Below are positions 57,101 to 64,000 of a DNA stretch of 64,000 nt, in pieces. The position numbers and the translations under genes are program-made. The notes below the pieces were generated by a model. That model ran no database searches. It was not told where the DNA came from and was given only the letters and a program-made list of their open reading frames with translations. The stretch spans positions 17,943,081 to 18,007,080 of the forward strand of contig OZ037766.1 in NCBI GenBank assembly GCA_964035545.1, read 5' to 3'. The stretch is from Bugula neritina. Taxonomy: Eukaryota; Animalia; Bryozoa. Positions within the stretch are counted from its first letter, which is position 1, and each line of letters starts with the position of its first letter.

Positions 57101-60100
57101 CATACAGAAATACACTGCAACATACTGCAGCATACTGCAACATACTGCAACATGCTGAAATACACTGTAACATACTGAAATATATTGCAAAATACTGCAA
57201 CATACTGAAATACACTGTAACATACTGAAAGACACTAAAACTAACTGAAGTATAGTGTAATATCTGCAAATGCACTGTAACATATTGAAATTTACTGTAA
57301 CGCAGTGAAATATACTGTAACATACTGAAATATACTGTAACATACTGAGATATACTGCAAGATACTGAAATATACTACAACTCACTGACGTATAGTGTAA
57401 TTTACGAAAATGTACTGTAACATACTGAAATTTATTGTAACATACTGAATTATACTGCAACATACTGAAATACACTGTAACATACTGAAACATATTGTAA
57501 AATACTGCAACATGCTGAAATACACTGTAACATACTGAAAGACGCTGTATCATACTGAAATATACTATAACCCACTGAAATATACTGCAACATACTGAAA
57601 TATACTGTAACAAACTGAAATATACTGCAACATACTGAAATACACTGTAACATACAGAAATACACTGCAACATACTGCAGCAAACTGCAACATACTGCAA
57701 CATACTGAAATACACTGTAACATATTGAAATACACTGCAACACATTGAAATAACCTGCAACATACCGAACTATATGGTAACCTACTGAAATATGTTGCAA
57801 ACTACTGAAATATACTGCAACATACTGCAACATAATGAAATATACTGTAACACACTGAAATATACTGCAAAATACTGCAAAATACTGTAACATACTGAAA
57901 CATACTGCAGCCTCCTGAAATATACTGCAACATGCTGAAATATACTGCAAGACACTGAAACCTGCTGAAATACACTGTAACATACTGAAATACACTGCAA
58001 CATACTGCAACATACTGAAATACACTGTAACATATTGAAATACATTGCAACACATTGAAATAAGTTGCAAGATACTGAATTATACTGCAACATACTGAAA
58101 GACACTAAAACTCACTGAAGTATAGTGAAGAATCTGAAAATGCACTGTGGCATACTGAAATATACTGAAACACGCTGAAATATACTGGAACATACTGAAA
58201 TAAACTGCAACATACTGAGATATACTGCAAGATACTGAAATATACTACAACTCACTGAAGTATAGTGTAGTTTGCAGAAATGTACTGTAACACACTGAAA
58301 TTTATTGTATCATACTGAAATATACGGCAACGTACTGAAATACACTGTAACATACTGAAATATATTGCAAAATACTGCAACATACTGAAGTATACTGCAA
58401 CATACTGATAGACACTAAAACTCACTGAAGTATAGTGTAATATCTGCAAACGCACTGTAACATACTGAAATTTACTGTAACACACTGAAATATACTGTAA
58501 CATACTGAAATATACTGTTACATACTGAGATATACTGCAAGATACTGAAATATACTACAACTCACTGAAGTATAGTGTAATTAACGGAAATGTACTGTAA
58601 CATACTGAAATTTATTGTAACATACTGAATTATACTGCAACATACTGAAATACACTGTAACATACTGAAAGACACTAAAACTCACTGAAGTATAGTGTAA
58701 TATCTGCAAATGCACTGTAACATATTGAAATTTACTGTAACACAGTGAAATATACTGTAACATACTGAAATATACTGTAACATACTGAGATATACTGCAA
58801 GATACTGAAATATACTACAACTCACTGGAGTATAGTGTAATTTACGAAAATGTACTGTAACATACTGAAATACACTGTAACATACTGAAACATATTGCAA
58901 AATACTGCAACATAGTGAAATACACTGTAACATACTGAAAGACGCCGTATCATACTGAAATATACTATAACCCACTGAAATATACTGCAACATACTGAAA
59001 TATACTGCAACATACTGGAACATACTGGAATATACTGTAACCCACTGAAATATACCGCAACATACTGAAATATACTGCAAGATACTGAAACCTACTGAAA
59101 TACACTGTAACATACTGAAGTACACTGCAGCATACTGCAACATACTGAAATACACTGTAACATATTGAAATACAATGCAACACATTGAAATAAGTTGCAA
59201 GATACCGAAATATACTGCAACATTTTGAAAGACACTAAAACTCACTGAAGTATAGTGAAAAATCTGAAAATGCACTGTGGCATACTGAAATATACTGAAA
59301 CACGCTGAAATATACTGGAACATCCTGAAATAAACTGTAACATACTGAGATATACTGCAAGATACTGAAATATACTACAACTCACTGAAGTATAGTGTAA
59401 TTTACGGAAATGTACTGTAACATACTGAAATTTATTGTAACATACTGAATTATACTGCAACATACTGAAATACACTGTAACATACTGAAACATATTGTAA
59501 AATACTGCAACATGCTGAAATACACTGTAACATACTGAAAGACGCCGTATCATACTGAAATATACTATAACCCACTGAAATATACTGCAACATACTGAAA
59601 AATACTGTAACATACTGAAATATACTGCAACATACTGAAATACACTGTAACATACAGAAATACACTGCAACATACTGCAGCATACTGCAACATACTGCAA
59701 CATGCTGAAATACACTGTAACATACTGAAATATATTGCAAAATACTGCAACATACTGAAATACACTGTAACATACTGAAAGACACTAAAACTAACTGAAG
59801 TATAGTGTAATATCTGCAAATGCACTGTAACATATTGAAATTTACTGTAACGCAGTGAAATATACTGTAACATACTGAAATATACTGTAACATACTGAGA
59901 TATACTGCAAGATACTGAAATATACTACAACTCACTGACGTATAGTGTAATTTACGAAAATGTACTGTAACATACTGAAATTTATTGTAACATACTGAAT
60001 TATACTGCAACATACTGAAATACACTGTAACATACTGAAACATATTGTAAAATACTGCAACATGCTGAAATACACTGTAACATACTGAAAGACGCTGTAT

Positions 60101-63100
60101 CATACTGAAATATACTATAACCCACTGAAATATACTGCAACATACTGAAATATACTGTAACAAACTGAAATATACTGCAACATACTGAAATACACTGTAA
60201 CATACAGAAATACACTGCAACATACTGCAGCAAACTGCAACATACTGCAACATACTGAAATACACTGTAACATATTGAAATACACTGCAACACATTGAAA
60301 TAACCTGCAACATACCGAACTATATGGTAACCTACTGAAATATGTTGCAAACTACTGAAATATACTGCAACATACTGCAACATAATGAAATATACTGTAA
60401 CACACTGAAATATACTGCAAAATACTGCAAAATACTGTAACATACTGAAACATACTGCAGCCTCCTGAAATATACTGCAACATGCTGAAATATACTGCAA
60501 GACACTGAAACCTGCTGAAATACACTGTAACATACTGAAATACACTGCAACATACTGCAACATACTGAAATACACTGTAACATATTGAAATACATTGCAA
60601 CACATTGAAATAAGTTGCAAGATACTGAATTATACTGCAACATACTGAAAGACACTAAAACTCACTGAAGTATAGTGAAGAATCTGAAAATGCACTGTGG
60701 CATACTGAAATATACTGAAACACGCTGAAATATACTGGAACATACTGAAATAAACTGCAACATACTGAGATATACTGCAAGATACTGAAATATACTACAA
60801 CTCACTGAAGTATAGTGTAGTTTGCAGAAATGTACTGTAACACACTGAAATTTATTGTATCATACTGAAATATACGGCAACGTACTGAAATACACTGTAA
60901 CATACTGAAATATATTGCAAAATACTGCAACATACTGAAGTATACTGCAACATACTGAAAGACACTAAAACTCACTGAAGTATAGTGTAATATCTGCAAA
61001 TGCACTGTAACATACTGAAATTACTGTAACACACTGAAATATACTGTAACATACTGAAATATACTGTAACATACGGAGATGTACTGCGAGATACTGAAAT
61101 ATACTACAACTCACTGAAGTATAGTGTAATTTTCGGAAATGTACTGTAACATACTGAATTTTATGGTAACATACTGAATTATACTGCAACATACTGAAAT
61201 ATACTGTAACGTACTGAAATATGTTGCAAAATACTGCAACATACTGAAATACACTGTAACATACTGAAATACGCTGTATCATACTGAAATATACTATAAC
61301 CCACTGAAATATACTGCAACATACTGAAATATACTGTAACATACTGAAATATACTGCAACATACTGAAATACACTGTAACATACAGAAATACACTGCAAC
61401 ATACTGCAGCATACTGCAACATACTGCAACATGCTGAAATACACTGTAACATACTGAAATATATTGCAAAATACTGCAACATACTGAAATACACTGTAAC
61501 ATACTGAAAGACACTAAAACTAACTGAAGTATAGTGTAATATCTGCAAATGCACTGTAACATATTGAAATTTACTGTAACGCAGTGAAATATACTGTAAC
61601 ATACTGAAATATACTGTAACATACTGAGATATACTGCAAGATACTGAAATATACTACAACTCACTGACGTATAGTGTAATTTACGAAAATGTACTGTAAC
61701 ATACTGAAATTTATTGTAACATACTGAATTATACTGCAACATACTGAAATACACTGTAACATACTGAAACATATTGTAAAATACTGCAACATGCTGAAAT
61801 ACACTGTAACATACTGAAAGACGCTGTATCATACTGAAATATACTATAACCCACTGAAATATACTGCAACATACTGAAATATACTGTAACAAACTGAAAT
61901 ATACTGCAACATACTGAAATACACTGTAACATACAGAAATACACTGCAACATACTGCAGCAAACTGCAACATACTGCAACATACTGAAATACACTGTAAC
62001 ATATTGAAATACACTGCAACACATTGAAATAACCTGCAACATACCGAACTATATGGTAACCTACTGAAATATGTTGCAAACTACTGAAATATACTGCAAC
62101 ATACTGCAACATAATGAAATATACTGTAACACACTGAAATATACTGCAAAATACTGCAAAATACTGTAACATACTGAAACATACTGCAGCCTCCTGAAAT
62201 ATACTGCAACATGCTGAAATATACTGCAAGACACTGAAACCTGCTGAAATACACTGTAACATACTGAAATACACTGCAACATACTGCAACATACTGAAAT
62301 ACACTGTAACATATTGAAATACATTGCAACACATTGAAATAAGTTGCAAGATACTGAATTATACTGCAACATACTGAAAGACACTAAAACTCACTGAAGT
62401 ATAGTGAAAAATCTGAAAATGCACTGTGGCATACTGAAATATACTGAAACACGCTGAAATATACTGGAACATACTGAAATAAACTGCAACATACTGAGAT
62501 ATACTGCAAGATACTGAAATATACTACAACTCACTGAAGTATAGTGTAGTTTGCAGAAATGTACTGTAACACACTGAAATTTATTGTATCATACTGAAAT
62601 ATACGGCAACGTACTGAAATACACTGTAACATACTGAAATATATTGCAAAATACTGCAACATACTGAAGTATACTGCAACATACTGAAAGACACTAAAAC
62701 TCACTGAAGTATAGTGTAATATCTGCAAATGCACTGTAACATACTGAAATTACTGTAACACACTGAAATATACTGTAACATACTGAAATATACTGTAACA
62801 TACGGAGATGTACTGCGAGATACTGAAATATACTACAACTCACTGAAGTATAGTGTAATTTTCGGAAATGTACTGTAACATACTGAATTTTATGGTAACA
62901 TACTGAATTATACTGCAACATACTGAAATATACTGTAACGTACTGAAATATGTTGCAAAATACTGCAACATACTGAAATACACTGTAACATACTGAAATA
63001 CGCTGTATCATACTGAAATATACTATAACCCACTGAAATATACTGCAACATACTGAAATATACTGTAACATACTGAAATATACTGCAACATACTGAAATA

Positions 63101-64000
63101 CACTGTAACATACAGAAATACATTGCAACATACTGCAGCATACTGCAACATGCTGCAACATACTGAAATACACTGTAACATATTGAAATACACTGCAACA
63201 CATTGAAATTTGCTGTAACATACTGAGATATACTGCAAGACACTGAAATATACTACAGCTCACTGAAGTATAGTGTAATTTACGGAAATGTACTGTAACA
63301 TACAGAAATTTATTGTAACATACTGAAATATACTGCAACATACTGAAATACACTGTAACATACTGAAATATATTGCAAAATACTGCAACATACTGAAATA
63401 CACTGTAACATACTAAAATACATTGTATCATATTGCAATATGCTATAACCCACTGAAATATACTGCAACTTAGTGAAATATACTGTAACATACTGAAATA
63501 TACTGCAACATACTGAAATACACTGTAACATACAGAAGTACGCTGTAACATACAGAAATACACTGCAACATACTGCAACATACTGAAATACACTGTAACA
63601 TACTGAAACACACTGCAACATACTGAAATATACTGCAACATACTGGAACATACTGGAATATAGTGTAACCCACTGAAATATACTGCAACATACTGAAATG
63701 TACTGCAAGATACTGAAACCTACTGAAATACACTGTAACATACTGAAATACACTGCAACATACTGCAACATACTGAAATACACTGTAACATATTGAAATA
63801 CATTGCAACACATTGAAATAAGTTGCAAGATACCGAAATATACTGCAACATACTGAAAGACACTAAAACTCACTGAAGTATAGTGAAAAATCTAAAAATG
63901 CACTGTGGCATACTGAAATATACTGAAACACGCTGAAATATACTGGAACATACTGAAATAAACTGTAACATACTGAGATATACTGCAAGATACTGAAATA
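51129..64000 (-). repeat. 10-bp monomer satellite array, right domain (CAGT strand on -), distinct subfamily
   Basis: Tandem AACATACTGA/AATATACTGC/AATACACTGT are reverse complements of the left-domain monomers. The + strand is A-rich and the array runs off the window end. Confidence 0.98.
55741..60950 (-). repeat. Near-identical tandem higher-order repeat, period 2550 bp (255 monomers, about 2 copies)
   Basis: Offsets 56132/58682, 56692/59242, 56900/59450 and 57450/60000. The translations in the ORF track are identical, and rare variants (CTCACTGGAG, CATTTTGAAA, TTAACGGAAA) are shared. Confidence 0.9.

Noticed and set aside
196-63873. Hundreds of Cys/Tyr/Val/Gln/Ser-rich ORFs (MLQYISVCCSIFQYVAVYFS...)
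   Set aside because: They are translations of a 10-bp repeat. They overlap in all three frames with the same peptide, and they flip strand exactly at the inversion because the opposite strand has TGA or TAA in most monomers. There is no domain signature or coding evidence.
1-64000. CRISPR array or prokaryotic repeat system
   Set aside because: No constant repeat separated by unique spacers, and no cas or other genes. The two-copy motifs in the insert are too few and lie within TIRs.
51129-64000. Telomeric repeat or telomere-fusion site
   Set aside because: The monomer lacks G-runs and is heterogeneous with HOR structure, unlike telomerase-synthesised repeats.

Overview
The window is almost entirely non-coding satellite DNA, most likely eukaryotic heterochromatin (inference). 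It is built from an AT-rich 10-bp monomer (CAGTATGTTG / CAGTATGTTA / CAGTATATTT / CAGTGTATTT) that mostly alternates as a 20-bp dimer and is organised into nested higher-order repeats (HORs) of 0.6-17.5 kb. Two things interrupt it. The first is a single 756-bp non-autonomous DNA transposon (MITE-like) at 2327-3082, with perfect 19-bp terminal inverted repeats (TIRs) and a TA target-site duplication (TSD); the matching empty site is visible nearby. The second is an abrupt strand switch at 51128/51129 that joins two satellite subfamilies with different variant sets and HOR periods. I found no credible protein-coding gene, RNA gene or CRISPR array: the ORF track is a by-product of one satellite strand being poor in stop codons. 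I see no evidence for a new gene system; what is interesting here is satellite architecture and evolution. HOR periods come from coordinate offsets of matching ORF-track entries plus spot checks, so HOR boundaries are approximate.
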